A stretch of DNA of 64,000 nucleotides, from the NCBI GenBank assembly GCA_003971905.1, contig RSEE01000075.1:248001-312000 (forward strand), read 5' to 3'. The notes under the pieces were generated by a model, which was not told the DNA's origin, ran no database searches, and saw nothing but the letters and a program-made list of their open reading frames with translations. The stretch's first letter is position 1. Each line of letters starts with the position of its first letter. A program made the translations under genes and the position numbers. This document shows, one piece after another, positions 13,655 to 27,692 of the stretch. The DNA is from Moniliella sp. 'wahieum'. Taxonomy: Eukaryota.

Positions 13655-15197
13655 TCAAGCATCTTCAACCTGCTCTTGATCTTCCGATGGTTCAAGGCCA
13701 AAGCGACGCTTGACCAGCCTGTACGAACATCACGTTAGTGTTCGGCATCACGATAAGGGGGGGTAACACGTACATGACTTCCTCAGGGTCACCAGTGTTC
13801 TTGGTCAATTCGTCCGAAATCTTGACGACCGGCTGGCCATTGAGGCTGCGCAGTTTAATCACAATGTTGAGCGCTTTGCTCTTCTGGGTTGGGTCTGAAG
13901 CACGGCTAAAGTCGTTGGTCAAGTTGGTGCCAATACCAAAGGCGGAGCCAATGCCAATCTCGTTGGCGTACGAAGCCAGAGCCAAGGCCCTCTCCACGTC
14001 CAGTCCATCGGAGAAGACGATCAACTTGGTCTTGGGGTCCACTCCAAGAGATTCATAAGCCGCCTTGGCTTTGCGAGCAAAATCATAACTGTCACCCGAG
14101 TCTTGTCTCACCCCCTTCCACCGGCGAATAATCTCACGGCCCCGCTTGATATCCGCCGCATCCTCTTGGGCGTAACGGGGAGGGGTCCGGTCGCCAGGGA
14201 GGGGCGCGAGCAAGTCCTTCCAGAAGACCGAAGTGGAAAATGTATCGGTAAGAGCGATGGTCAGGTCTTCGGCAGGCGTATGCGGGACAAGGCGGGGGGC
14301 GAGTAGACGGCATCCCACTTTTGTGCACTTATCAAATTGACGCGGCGGTATCCCTCGAGCGCAGCAATGGCCATCGTCCATTCGTGCGCAACCGTTCCAC
14401 TTGGCGGGATGCCAAACACCCGGGCGAGGTGCACGTTGGAGGTGCCGACAAGTGCTCCCACGCTCGCCGCTCCTTCCACCGGTCCGGCAGATTTGGCCTG
14501 CTCGGCACCCTCGCATAGCCCTTTGATCACAACCTCCTGTACCTTGAAGGAACGGCGACGACGAGTGCCAAACTCCGAGTACTTGATCCATGTGGACCAG
14601 CTTCTTGCTCTTGGCCGCAGCCAGCTCTGCAGGGAAGAGGAGGGAAAGGTGAGTAGTCATGCTCACAAGCGCCGGGAAGGCCAGACATACCTTCCTGCCC
14701 ATCCATGGACCAGTCGGTATCAACAACGCTGAAGTAACTTCGGAAATAATGGCCATGAGCGGGACCTCGTAGAGGATCACATCGCGCCACTTGCCCGACA
14801 CGGTAAGGTGCAAGTCAAGCCATCCTTCCTCCTCCGTTGTCGTTCCATCCGGTTGCTGGACGGTACGGGTAGCCGGGGTGGGGAGAGCGTGACCTGTGCG
14901 GGTCAAAGCGGAACTTGGTGAGGTAGTCCAGGTATGCGGGCTGGAGGTAAGGGCACGCCTGCTCAAGATAAGCACGCTCGTCAGGCTGGAGAGAAATGTG
15001 CTGCAGTGCATCAACAGCCACTTGGATGGCTTCGATCGCCTTCTGAGTGAACTTCATGCGGGGGAACGGTTGGTAAACCAGTAGCTGACGTTGGCATCGG
15101 GATAGGTGAGCAGCACGGCCTGCTGCATCGTCAGCTTGTAGAGGTCCGTGTCGAGAAGGGAGTGGATAACCGCTCCCGGAATATCAGTGGGGGTCAT
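13655..15197 (-). CDS. NPT1: Nicotinate phosphoribosyltransferase
   Basis: SLLDTDLYKLTMQQAV, ILYEVPLMAIISE, GTSNVHLA, GTVAHEW, ALTDTF, GVRQDSGD, FSDGL, FGIGTNLTNDF, LNIVIKL, VKISDELTKNTGD; introns near 14630-14690 and 13719-13773. Confidence 0.95.
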
Positions 15198-16783
15198 CGT
15201 CGCGGTGGGCACAGTGGTGCACAGAAAAAGGTGGCGGTAGGGACGCTCAGCTGAGCTGGTGGTGGTGACGAGGAAGGCCGGTTCGGTGTTGCCCAAGTCA
15301 AGCCATGATACGCTCAGCTCAAAGTTCACCCCGGCGCCGCAAACTTTCAACTGCCTGCCAAACCATGCGGCGATATCGGCCAACAATCGGGGTGGCCCAC
15401 AGGGTGGCCCAGGTGTTGGAAGATGGGTGGGACAGCGACCGAGGGACTAACTACACCCGGTGGGAAGAACTGCTTCTGCCTGCTTACGCCTCTGGGTTCT
15501 GTGGTCCAAAGCGCCTAGGGATTGCTTTCCCTCGCGTCCGACCGGAGGCCACTATCACAGTTACGGTATCACACCTACTAGTAGTAGCTATTATTATAGT
15601 GTTTGCTTTCGGCACGTACTGGGCAGCACAAGCACGCCGTGGGGCGCTCGCGTTACATCTCCGGACACCGAGTCCCGCATTTCGTAGACCTCTCATTGAA
15701 GTACACGCCAGCCCCATGAGACTATAGTGAGCGAGATCCGGCATGGGCAACTTACACATGCTGCGGTTAATGCTCTCAGCAGCGCTTGCTCTTCATTAGG
15801 ACCCGTCTGATTCCGCTACAGCAGCGCCTCGAGTGTGGTAACGACAAGATAACCCGTTACCCCCACGCTCAAGACTTACACCCCCCTCAGTCCGGTCGGG
15901 CTCCAGACTGGACCATAGCTATGGTGATGCCGGCCAACGTTTAGTTACTATACTGAGGCATGGGTGTCTTGGTGCCGACGTGGACGTGGAGGACGTTGAG
16001 CTCAGTACCGGCTGAATCCAATGCTTCACTGATCGACTCGAGCGTCGTCGTCACCTCACTCAGCAGACCCTCCCATTTCTCTACATTTGGGGAGGTGGGG
16101 GAAACAAGGCGTCGAGTGATCCGGGGAATCTAGGGCGGACAACCGTTCGAGGGGGAAAGGAGGTCGAGAGAGGATCCGACTTGGAGTACATACGCGCCGT
16201 GCGAATGGCCTAAACCTACACAGGGGTTTGGGTCCATGACGTACCCGTCAGTAGGAGGTGGTATAGCCCACGACACGGTGACGCTAGAATTGGCCAAAAA
16301 GCATTGGATTAGTGGTTATTTTCATCAAGCACAGAATCGACTCAGAAGGGGCTCCGTAGGAACCAAGGAGTCAGACTCGGGGCGGGAGGTAAGACGCTGG
16401 GCCATGCCAGGAAAGATATAGCCAGCCAAGTAGGTGAGGATCTTTGGGGGTGCTTTCCTGGGGGCAAGAGCAGGATGATGGGATTGGTGCGGTAAGACCA
16501 GGTCTCGGTTGCATGCTGAGTAGGTTGGGTCGGAGAACGGGTGGGGAGGGACTGTGAGGGCCCCTGGTGGTCAATGGGTGCGCGCACTTCGTTGCACACC
16601 GCCCAATGGTTGTGGTCCAGCCGAGGCCAGGCAGCGGGGCTCCATGGTGCTAGTCGGCTCTGCAAATTCCAAGTGCATCCCCGCCAGAGGCGTGAGCGGC
16701 GGAAAGCGCCACGACCAATTCCGCCAGTCTTTTATTTCGCACCGCTGTCTACTCGCCTGCATTCGTCCTCGCCGCCACCCACC

Positions 16784-18641
16784 ATGTCGCTCGACACCCT
16801 CACGCCCTTGCCGCTCGAGATCAAAACACCTCCCGCGGATGCCCTCCAGGCTCTGGTTCAGGACGAGCTCGCTGCTCGTGCTGGGCACCGCCTGACGACG
16901 GCGTCATGGCCGAGTACACGGTGGTTATGGCTGCCAACGGCAAGACCGGCGCACAGGTGGCGGACGAGCTGCGCGACGTGATTGGCGCCGTCCGACTTTG
17001 ATCCTCTGTTTGTGGTGTGGCTGTGGAACACGGCCACTGCACTACTACAGGCGTCCTGTTCCCCTTCTCATTCACGGCCACGGAACCCGTTGCCCAGACC
17101 GCGGATGCACCCTATCGTCTGCCTTTGCACCGGGCCCGCTCCCGCTCTCCTATGCGTCGCAGTCGCTCGCCCCCATCCCGCTCTGCTGGGGCGGGCAGAA
17201 CAGGAGCGTTCCTTTCGGGGTCGCCCGTACGTCCTCAGAAAGAGCTGTTCGAAGCTGCGGTGCACGACGCGGTCGCTCCCCCTATTCGTGTTCGCGGCCG
17301 GGGACAAGGCCGGGCAATGGACATGGACACGGACATGGACGACGAAATGTCTCATGTCCTGGGCCTGGACAGGTCCAAGCGCGAGGCCGAATTTCAGCAA
17401 CGGGAAAATCAGCGTGGTGGGAACAAAAGGGAGCTCTTCCCCAACTCTCCGGCCTCGCGCGACGTCAACATTCGCGGCCGAGCGGGCAAGAAGCAACACC
17501 TCTTCCAACAAGCCTTCCATCTTTGCTCGCACTATGACCCCCAACCCCAATTTGCCTGAATTTGTACCTCGTACCCTGCAGACTGCGGAAGGTGGTCAGG
17601 ATGATGAGAGCATGGACATCAACACCGACTCTGTCCTACTTCCCAATCCCTCTTGGCTCGCCTCGGCCCGCAACAATCGGACCCTTCCTCCGCATCTGCT
17701 CCCACCACTGCCCCTCTCGCGGGATCAACTCGGTGGATGTCCGCCAGTTCCCCTTGGAGCCCTCCAAGGAGGAGTCGTGTCGTTTGGTTGCGCTGCACCA
17801 ACCCCATGTGCGTCTACAGCCACTCCACCCCGGTCCTGGCCAACTCTCCAAAGGAAGGCGATGCGATGATGTTGTCTACGACCCACTGCCCTGCTGGCCC
17901 CAAGTGCCGCAACAAGGGGTGCACCTTCTCCCACCCTTCTCCAGCAGTCTCGGTCCTTGCCTCGCGGGCCCAAGCTGCGGCGCGGGCCCAGATGGCACGT
18001 GCCCGCCTGAGTGCCGTGGTGGCCTCTACCCCAGCGGCGGCGGCGACGACGGCGCGGTCGTGCCGCTTCCAACTGGCTTGCACCAACCCTCATTGCAGCT
18101 TTGCGCATTTCGATGCGCAGGGTGCGCCCATCCCGCCTCCGCTCAGCAAGCTGGTACCCCCAATGTGGCCCGTGCTTCCCTCGTCCCTTCTTCGGATGCG
18201 GATGCGTCGCAGCCGGCCAGTTCGGATGGCTCGCAAGCCGTGATCGACCTGGACAAACCCTCGACGACACGGCAAGCATGGCGAAACCGTGTCGGTATGG
18301 CGTGCACTGCACCCGGGCCGGGTGCTTCTTTTCCCATCCTGCAGGCCGGGTGGAACCGCAAGCCGGTGCCGGCGCCGGCGCAGCCTGGGCCAACCGGCCC
18401 AAGCCCACCTGGTTCACCCCGCACCAAAGTACCGTGTTTGATGCGTCGGGCGCGCAAGCTCGCGCCCCGGCCGCATGCAATTTGGTGCCCAATGCTACCG
18501 CGCCGGCTGTACCTTTCCCATCCTCCCGAACGCCAGCCGCCCCTGCCGCCGGCACCGCCCACCACCTCCACTCGTCTCGCCGCCTTCGCCTCGGAGCGTG
18601 ACCCGAACGAGGTGGAGCGCATCATCCCGTCTACTACGTGA
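16784..18641 (+). CDS. Nuclear poly(A) RNA-binding protein, Nab2/ZC3H14-like
   Basis: N-terminal PWI-like segment (VMAEYTVVMAANGKT..QVADEL) and tandem CCCH fingers (C..LRCTNPMCVYSH, CPAGPKCRNKGCTFSH, CRFQLACTNPHCSFAH, CRYGVHCTRAGCFFSH, CQFGAQCYRAGCTF). Confidence 0.8.
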
Positions 18642-19188
18642 TTTCTACTACTCGCCTCTTGTCATTTTCGGAAAAACAGCCTGTGTCTCGAATTGCCTTG
18701 CATGAGCTATACTCCTGATTGCTGAGCGTCACCAATATCGGAGCTGGAACTGTGATAGAGCGTTAGATCTGGTTCAATATTCCGTATTCAGTGGGCCTAG
18801 CCATCGAATCAAACGGGCGTGCCAACGAACTACTAGTACGAGCCGATGACACCATGTCGGCACGGCATGCCAAAGCGAAGAGTGTGAGATTCGTATTACG
18901 GACCGCCGTCGATTCTTTTGCCAATCTACTATAGGATAGTCAGGGCCGCAAGCAGGGATAGCAGTGCACCATGAATGGATGAAGGAGATACAGGAAGAGC
19001 ACAGCAAACGCAAGCTGGGAAGAGACAGTAGAATGTGTTGGTTAAGTATAAGAGTCCATCGTGGTGGACTGAATGAAGGGCCAAAGTCGAACGGGATGCA
19101 TGATGTGATGACGAGCTGAGGCTTGAGCAGCCGAGGGAATAGAGTAAGAAATGAGAGTGAGGTGGAAAGAGGGAAGCAAAAAGGCAGG

Positions 19189-21109
19189 TTAAGGAACCCT
19201 GGCGCCGGGGCACACGTTGCAGGGGGACACAGGGGGGATAGCTTTTAGGCAGCCGGGGCCTCGGCGGCCTTGTGGTGGAGATGCTGCCCACTTCCGACTC
19301 GACAGGCAGCGCGCCACCTTCCTTGTCCATCCCACGGTCAATCTTGGCGCGCCTTGCGCCGCGTACGGGGCCATCGAGTTCGGCGCCCGTCTGGACCGAG
19401 GCGTAGGGCGAGCGCGAGCGGATTGTCTCTCCCTTCCAGATCAAGATGAAAGGCAGCGGGATGGCAATGGCAATGAGCAGACTGAGCAGCAGGCCGGCGT
19501 ACTGGAAGCCCATGTTGTTGAACATTTGGTTGGTAAACAGAGGGAAACTGGCCGCCATCAGGTTGCGAATGAAGCCCTGGGCGCCAATGGCCGAGGCGGA
19601 CGACTCGCCATATGCATCGGTCAGGTACGCTGAACCGATTGGAAGATCCAGACAATGCCGATCAGCAGTAGCACCAGACCAATCTCGGGCGATCCAGTGC
19701 ACCCAAGGGTACGGCGCCGTAAAGGAAAGATGAACATGCCAATCGTGCACACGATTCCACCTGCCGCACCGTAGTACAGACGCACCTCCGGAAGCGCGTG
19801 GCCACCATGGGCCTCTGCCGACTTTTGGTAGAGATACGAGTCGTGGAAGAGGAAGCCCCAGCCAATGAAGGTGCCAAGGATCGGACCAATGTAAGCCAGA
19901 CCGGTGTTGCCTTCGCCCCAGCCACGGATGTTGGAAAAGGCAATGGGGATCGCACCAAATAGGGCAAAGATCAAACTCCACACGTACGCCAGCCAGAGAG
20001 AAGAAGCACAACAGGCTCCTTGACAATCATCACGGCCGCACGCGTCGTCGACACCTTGAGCAGTTCCTGCAAACTAGGCGTTTCCAACTCGTCGGGCGAA
20101 CGGTAGCGGTTGTCTCCCGTCTCCTTGCGCAACTTTTTCGCGCGGCGAGAGAGCAACGCACTACCACGAGGCTCGCAAAAAGATGCACTCGAGAATGAGA
20201 ACGGTGCCATTGATCGCCATTTGGATCCACTCGATCGCCCGCCACCCCAGGTTGTGACGGGCGTCAATGTAGCCGGCATAGAGCGGCGAGGCTGTCGTGC
20301 CCAGTACGGCAACCAAGGTGAACAAGGCGACCGGCAACCCAATCTCGTTTGGACGCCAGATCGAGGCAAGCGTACCGGGGATGATGGTCGTGCCGGCCGC
20401 ACCAAAGACGCCCGAAAAAAACCGGCCAATGATCACGGTCCAAATGTTCTGCGCCTCAAACAGCGCAATGAACCAGATCACAAAGCCGGCGTAGCAAGCC
20501 AGGTACACAGGCTGTGCGCCCAGGAACTCTGACACTGGGCCGAGGATGGGAGGGACCTGAGGAAGAAGGAGGAACGTCAGAAACAGAGGATGGTCACTTT
20601 GATGAGCCAGGGATACGCACCAGAGAGAAGGCAACGTTGAATACAGTAAAGCCCAACCGACCCAGCTCCACCGCTGTTAGGGTAGACCGAACACGCCGTC
20701 AGTAGGTGGCAATATAAGAAGGCAAGGACCCAAGAAGAGGAGAGATACGTACACGCATGAAGCTCTTTGCACATTCTCGACACACCTGACCCGTAGGCAG
20801 CGGTGGCCAGACCAATGAAGAGACACATGGCACAGAGAAGGGAAGTGTTGATCCACTTCTTGCCCTTGGACCAGTTCATCGGGTTTTCGGGGTCGTCGGG
20901 CCCGTCCCAGTCAACAAGGATGACGTTACCCTGGCGAACTTCCTGCATGATCTCGGGGCTGAGCTTCGTGCTGGTCGGGGGGACATCGGCGGTGCTGGAA
21001 CGGCAGTGTGTTGGCCGTCAGAGTCGCCAGCGTCGGCGTCCCCGGTGGCATACTGCTCCTTGCCAGGGAAGAAATCGGCACGGATGTTGGTTTGCTTTTT
21101 GAGTACCAT
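19189..21109 (-). CDS. MFS multidrug/polyamine transporter, DHA1 family
   Basis: VDWDGPDDPENPMNWS, GRFFSGVFG, GWRAIEW, LLSRRAKKLRKETGD, PEVRL, YLTDAYG..SASA, FPLFTNQMFNNMG; at least two introns around 20560-20750; 3' end approximate. Confidence 0.88.
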
Positions 21110-24100
21110 TGCTGGTAAAACAAGGGTAAGGGAGTGGAAGTGGAAGGAGAGTGCAAAGGTACGTTTTATGTAGTGGAGAGAGGATCACGGGTGCGGGTTA
21201 CTTTTAGCTTCGTAGGTCTAACTTCTACTTCGCTTCCCGCTTCCCGGCGAGGCAAGGCCAGGCCTGGCTGGGCTGGAAGCTGGAAGTATGACCGGATGTG
21301 GTGACATTCCGACATGTGGCACGCGACACTAATCCCCTCTCTCCTACCGCGGGGGCGGCGGTGCGCTGGTTGAGTACCGAGTGCGTTGAACGAACGTTGA
21401 GCGTAGTTGCCGGGCGCTGAGCGCGCTGAGCACGGAGGCGCTGAGGCAGTGAGATGGTGAGACCGAGATCTGAGATCTGAGATGAGATCTGAGAAGAGGC
21501 CTGCGGCTGAGAGAGTGGGCTGCACCCACACCAACACTCCGGAGGCCGATCGGGGGGATAGGGGTAGGAGGTAGGAGGGTGTGGGACGGCGCGGGCGATG
21601 CCTGATATATGATGGCTGATGCAGGTGATGGAACGGAGCAGGCACACGATGGCGTAGCGAAATGGTAGGCACAGCCGCTGCGCCGCGAGCTGCTCTGTCG
21701 ATGCGACAGTCAACAAAAAAACCTGCCGTGCTCCAGAGCCACGACCACTGGCCCCATGCGAGGCCGGCAAACCACAGGATCGATGATGCAATGATGATGC
21801 CTGTGATGCCTGTGACATGGGATGCATGATGCATGGTGCATGATACCTGTGATGGGTGGCCACGCAGGTGCTGGGTGCTGCAGTGCAGGGCGCATGCCAG
21901 AGTCTGTCCGGCGGGAGAAAAGGTGCCGCGGGGGCACTGCCCGTAGGGCACCCAAGGGCAGTTCGGTTGAAATACACACAGCTGGCGCACGCCTTTTCGA
22001 TCCAGCCAGCAGATCCATTCACCCTCGATCATCGATCATCATCGCTATCGATCCATCGCGCGCCCTTGGGGCCCATTCTCAGCGCTAGGGGTGGGACGGG
22101 CTAGGATGGGCTTCGTGGTCTGCCCTGTTCTTTTTCTCCCAGGATCTAGTAACTATGGTACTTCCGACCTGCCATAAGTTCACACGTTCACAGCTGAGTC
22201 CCTGCCACTAGCCGTTCTCATCGACGTCCTCTGTCACATGCATCACATGCAGTATGCACTCCCCAGCTTTTTGTGGAAGCAGAGAGGGAGCATCACCAGG
22301 TGCATCACCCCGGCACCAAGGGGTTCAAAAGCTAGTAACTAGGAACTAGGAACTTGTAACTACAAAACATCCGAGTAATACGACACGTGTTGTATAATAG
22401 CAACGCAGGATGTGTGACAGCGATGCAACACAGATCCACTCCTTCTCATCGATCCATACGGTTCATGCATCATGCATATGATGCAGCAATGCAAAGCCGT
22501 GATGCATTATGAACGACGACTGACTAGTGTGATTAATGATTAGTTCACTACGCCCCCCTTTTCTTTCTCCACAAACCACTCCGCATCCATCCCCAGAGGG
22601 CTAGATTTTCCACGTCGGCACTTGTCCTTTCGTGTAAATTTCCTAATTCGTATGCATCAACACTGAATTGCCTGTCCAATCCATTCTTACCTACTGAATT
22701 CAATGAGATTCAATGGCGGCTGTTGACTGTGATCCTCTGGCTCCCAGTCGGTATACCAGGTTCGCCTCGGTTCCATCGGCTTCCACGCTGACGTCCCTGC
22801 GTGTCACTGTCCCTGTGCCCTGCACTCTCTCCTGTGTGACTCACTGTCCTGTGCCTAGTCCAGCCTCCTATATAGATGCCTCTGTACCCAGACCCAACTC
22901 TGGCTCCAATCCATCACCTTCTCCTCATCCTTCTGCCCGTCCGGCTCCCTAGGCCAACAGCGGCATCATGCATCAGTATCAGTCTGCCTTTCTGTACTCT
23001 CCGTACGTACACACACACAATCCCTGGTGCCTGGTCCCAGCTGGTACACGGTGGCACCTCCGGGTTCCCCCGTGTTCCTGGCTCTTTCCTCACCGGTCTT
23101 ACCTCCAACGCCACCACCTCCATCGTTTCCTCCCTCCTCTCCGATCTCTTGGGAGAGGGGAAAAAACAGCTCAGTACGAGTCTTGAGTGACTAGTGACTA
23201 GTGACTGAGTATATTAGCTGTGGCCAGCATGCACCGCTGCAGCTGAAGTGCATTGTCTCCCGAGGACACTGAGTACTCAGACTGAGTGTACTGAATATTG
23301 CATCTGAGTCCGGACAGGTGACGTATGGCTGACGGCATATAGGAAGAATCCCAAGGGACGGGGACAAAACTGCCCACACCCGGCAAAGAAGGTTTGGATG
23401 TGGGTCTGTGTGGGCCGGCGGTGCGGCGTCGGCGAAACAGAGACATGGATATGCCGGCGGCCCAAAAGAGTCTCACACGTCACCGGTCACGCGTCCGGGC
23501 ACACGTTGCACTTCCATGGCGCCTCCAGCGGACCCTTGATGTACCAGACTTGTACAGGCTGTACCAGTGCTGTCCCCTCGGCTGGACCTGTTGGACACCC
23601 TTGTGCACCCTGTTGCATCAGACTGCACCCACAGTCTAGAATATCGGTGGCCGGTGGTACAACAGGGCCAGCTTCCAACAGGTACAGCAGGTCGCAGGTA
23701 CTGCCTGGTACTGCCTCTGGGACTGCGTGGGTCAGTAGCTGTACGTTCAATATTCGATAGCTAATTCGATGCCCTGGCGCACTATCGAGTTTTCCGCCTC
23801 ATTCCGCCCTGGGCCAATTATTGGGTTGACCCGGTAGTCACGTGATGCTGGAAAGTTGAACGTTCACCTGAGGGCGGAACGCTTGCTGCTTGCTGATGAA
23901 CGACTGGCAGGGGGCGCCTGGGGACGCTGATTCAACCATCCACCTGGAAAGTTGAGCCCACCAGGAGCTGAATTGGGGGCTACACCCCCCGAGGAATGGG
24001 CAGAGAGACTGGAGAGGCTGGGATGGGGAGGGCCATCGCCCTGCTGCCCCACCGGCCTTCTGTGTCCACTTGGAATGGGCGCCTGATGGGCGAATGACTG

Positions 24101-24298
24101 AGCCAAAAAATCGAAATAAAACCGTAGAAACCCGAACGCAGCAATAATAACCCCGCGCCTCGCCCAGCGGCAGAGTTGTATTTGCGCCACTGCCACGAGA
24201 CGGGGGCGCTACTAGCGCTGCTCTGCGTGTGCACTTCCGGCGGCGCTGTGCTGTGCTGTGCTCCCCCCATCCCATCTGGTACATGCCTGGCCACCCCC

Positions 24299-27056
24299 AT
24301 GTCCTTCGACGTCCACGACGCCCCCTCCCACCCGCCTCCTGGTGCCCAATCTCCCCCGCCCCACCCACCCTCCCCAGCCGCCCCGCCAGTGCTGCCTGCA
24401 CCGCCGCTCGGGCCCGCTCCGAGTGGCCTGCCAGCCGAACTTGTTCGGCTCGCCGCGGCGCTGGATCAGCGGGACTCCCACCTGGCCCTCAGTGCCCCTC
24501 GGCTGACTCTCCCCCTCTCTGCCCCGTCCTCGCCGCCAGCCGACGCGCCCCGCGAAACCTTGGATCGGGCTCTCGACACACTGCGGCACGCCATCCTTCG
24601 TGCGATCCAGCGACTTGACCGCCCGTCGTTGTCCCTGTACCACCTGCTGCTCACGATGGGCGCGCGCGCGTTCTCCTCCCTCACGAAGGCAGAGACGACC
24701 TGGGCGGACGGGAGGCGGGGGAAGCGTCTGTTCAGGATTGCGTCAAAGATGCGATCCAGCGTGTCTTGGCGGAAACAGGCCCGTTTGCTTTACCTTACCG
24801 CCCACCTCGCGCCGGGTACGCACGAGCGGGAACCGCCTTTGCCCGCTGCTTCGTCTGCCTCCCCCTCTGCCCCTGCCTCGGGCGAGGGCGAGGGCGCGAA
24901 GGCGAAGGCGAGGGCAAATTGGTAGCGGACATGGACAAGTTGCACCTTTTCCCCACCCCTGGCAACTCGGACCCTACCCCGTCCCCCTCGCCACCGTCTG
25001 TGTCCCCGTCAAGCCCGGGCCCTACCCCACGCCATCCTCCCTCTACTTTGGCGGGCGCGCCTGTCGCATCCCCTTCCGCGTCCTCCTCCTCCTCTCCTTC
25101 CCCCACTCCTCTCGGGGATCACAGTCGAATGAGCACGTTGCTGCGTGCGAGGCGACGCGGAGCAAGGCGTTGCTCACGCACAAGGTGACCACGTTAGAGC
25201 GCGCGCTGGCGCAGCAGCAAGAGGAGTTGACCACGTGCCATGCAGACCTGGCCAGCTGGCAGACGCGATCGGACGCGCTGACAGAGCAGGTGCGCGAGGC
25301 GCACACCTCAGTGGGCGAGTACCGCGAGCGGGCTCGGATTGCGACGCTGGCCCTGGCGCAGGAGCAAGAGCGCGTACGGGACTTGGAGGATGCGTTGGAT
25401 GCAGTACAAGACCGCCACGAACGCGCCGAGGCTCGCTTGGCTACCACCAGGAACATTTGGCTGTCGCGCTGTTGGACCGCGATGCGGCACAGGAGGAACG
25501 TGATCGGTTGCGGGCCAAATGGGAGCAACAGCCGCGGGAGAGCCCGACGACGCGACCGACACGCACACCGACACAGATACGGACGTTGCTCATCTGCACC
25601 ACCAACTGGCACTGTTGACGCAGGAAGTGGACTTGGCCCGCTCGGCGCAGGAGGAGGTGGAGGTGGTGCGGGCGCAGTGTGCTCACTTGGACGGCGAAGC
25701 GCGCGCGGCCCAAGCCGCGTGCGAGCAGTGGCAGCAACAGGCGCATACGTTGCAAGTGCAACAAGAGCTGTGGGCGCACGAGTTGAACACGACCAAGGCG
25801 CGTTGCTGGACCTGCAAGGCGCCCATGACGTGCTGCTGCACCAGCGCGACACGGCCGTCGCCCTTTCTGACGAGCTGAGCCAGACGCAAGCGCGTCTCGA
25901 AACGGCACTGAGCGAGGCGCGCGCCCAGGCCGAGACTGCCACGTCGGAATGGGACAAGGCAAGACAAGCGGCGACGGCGACGAGGCAAGAGCTGATGCAG
26001 CTAGATCAGACCTATTGGTCTACAAGGAGGAGTTGGCCGCGACCCAGGAAGAGATGGAAGACTTGGCGAGGAACTGGGGGCGGTAATGTAGAGATGGCCC
26101 AGGCCAAGGCTTATGTTGCTGACCTGGACGCTAAACGGGACGAGCTGCAGAGCCAAGTGGATTCGTTGCACACGGCACTGGAGCAGGCAAAACGCTTCTT
26201 CGGCTGTGGATTTGGCTCCTCGCTCCGTGGGAACGCGTGCCTCGACCGATTCGCCCCTCGCCCTCCCCCTTTTCCCCGCGCGCTCGGTCCCATTCGCCAC
26301 AAGAGCAAATAGGATAGCCCAGCTCACGTCCCAGTTACGCACGACACAACAAGAACTGGTGCGTCCCAACAACAAGCGGAGCAATACCACCAAACCGTGG
26401 AAACCCTGTATGTACCTTCTCTCTTTTTCTTCTCCATTTCCCTCTGCACCAGTCCAGCCTGACCGGTGACCCCTCTCCTTTGCTTTGGTAGGCGCCGCTC
26501 GCACACGGAATTGGCAGCACAGGTGAGCGCGCACACCCAATCCGAAGCTGAGCTGCAAGACCAAGTGCGGACGATGATGGAGGACCTGCAAGCCAAGGCC
26601 GAGGAGATTGAGCACAACGACGATCGGGTGATTGAACTCAACGGTCAATCAACAAGTTGGCACGGGACAAGGCCAAGCTACAGGCTCGCCTGGACCAGCT
26701 AGAGGCCAGGGCGCGCCCCCCGCCCCCGGCAGCTCTGCACCCATACCTGGCCCCCGCTCACTGACCTGGAGCACCATCGCGCGGCACCGCTGGCGCCGTT
26801 GCGCTCGGTAGCCGGGCAAAAACGTCGGTTGCCCGACGATGTGGATGCGAGCCCACGCCGCGCAGACCGGCGGCACCATGTACGAGCCATGTGTCCGCCT
26901 CTGCCGCCGTCGCTCTTGCCTCGGCTGCCGGGCCGGGCCGGGCAGGCGCGCACCCCGCCGCCCGTCGCCACCCCCCCCACACCGAGGGGAAAGGTAAGCA
27001 ACCTCGCGGGATGCACTTTGTATTCATTACGGTTGAGGCCTGGAGCGTCAGGCTAG
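24299..27056 (+). CDS. Long coiled-coil protein of unknown function
   Basis: Pro-rich N-terminus followed by extended E/Q/A/L/R heptad segments across frameshifted ORFs; intron ~26410-26490; ends approximate. Confidence 0.55.
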
Positions 27057-27218
27057 AGGCTTGAGGCTGTGGCCATCGATGCTGCTGGCATCTCGATTCC
27101 ATTGTACTTCTATCCCCCATTCCTGGTTTCGCGTGTGGACAGCGGGCGGGGTCAGGTACCAGCGCGACGGGGGGCGGTGGGTATATACAGCGGGGGAGGG
27201 CAAGGTGCACCGGCGGGT

Positions 27219-27282
27219 CACGTGGTCACGTGGTGTGGATGGCCAGCGTGCGCATGCCATGGGCCACATGATGTCACCCCAC
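27219..27282 (+). promoter_or_regulatory. bHLH-type site cluster (two CACGTG E-boxes, CACATG, SRE-like GTCACCCCAC) upstream of the elongase
   Basis: CACGTG at 27219-27224 and 27227-27232, CACATG at 27265-27270, GTCACCCCAC at 27273-27282. Confidence 0.4.
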
Positions 27283-27692
27283 TCCACTCGAGCACGGGCG
27301 ATGCGCGGGGCATGTCGCATGGCTGTGAGCATGCATGACACGCTCTCTGGCGCTCAGCGCGCACTGGGTACTCCGTACAGCCTCCCTCGCGTCGGACGGG
27401 GGCAAGAGCACGCGTGCTGCTTGTGCTGTGGCTGCAGAGAGCGGTGGGGTGCGGCCAGGCGGCTGTGCGCACAAGCAGAGCCGATGCGGCTGCAGGGAGA
27501 GCACCCCCTTGCATGCCCAGCCCGCGCGCGGCTGCCTGCCGCAAGAAGCGCTCCACCACAGGCATGCCATCGGTGCATCCTCCACACCCCTCAAGCGCTG
27601 GGGCGCAGCTTGCCTCCGCACCTGTGCATTGCATGCCGCCCAGGCCCATCCACCCCTCAAAGGAACGGGTGCAGTGTGCTGCACAAGACCAA

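Noticed and set aside
21110..21700. HOL1-type polyamine-sensing uORF (MLLLPS*) upstream of the DHA1 transporter
   Set aside because: The upstream ATGs I checked (21315, 21307) give ORFs that do not end in PS-stop and do not resemble the motif.
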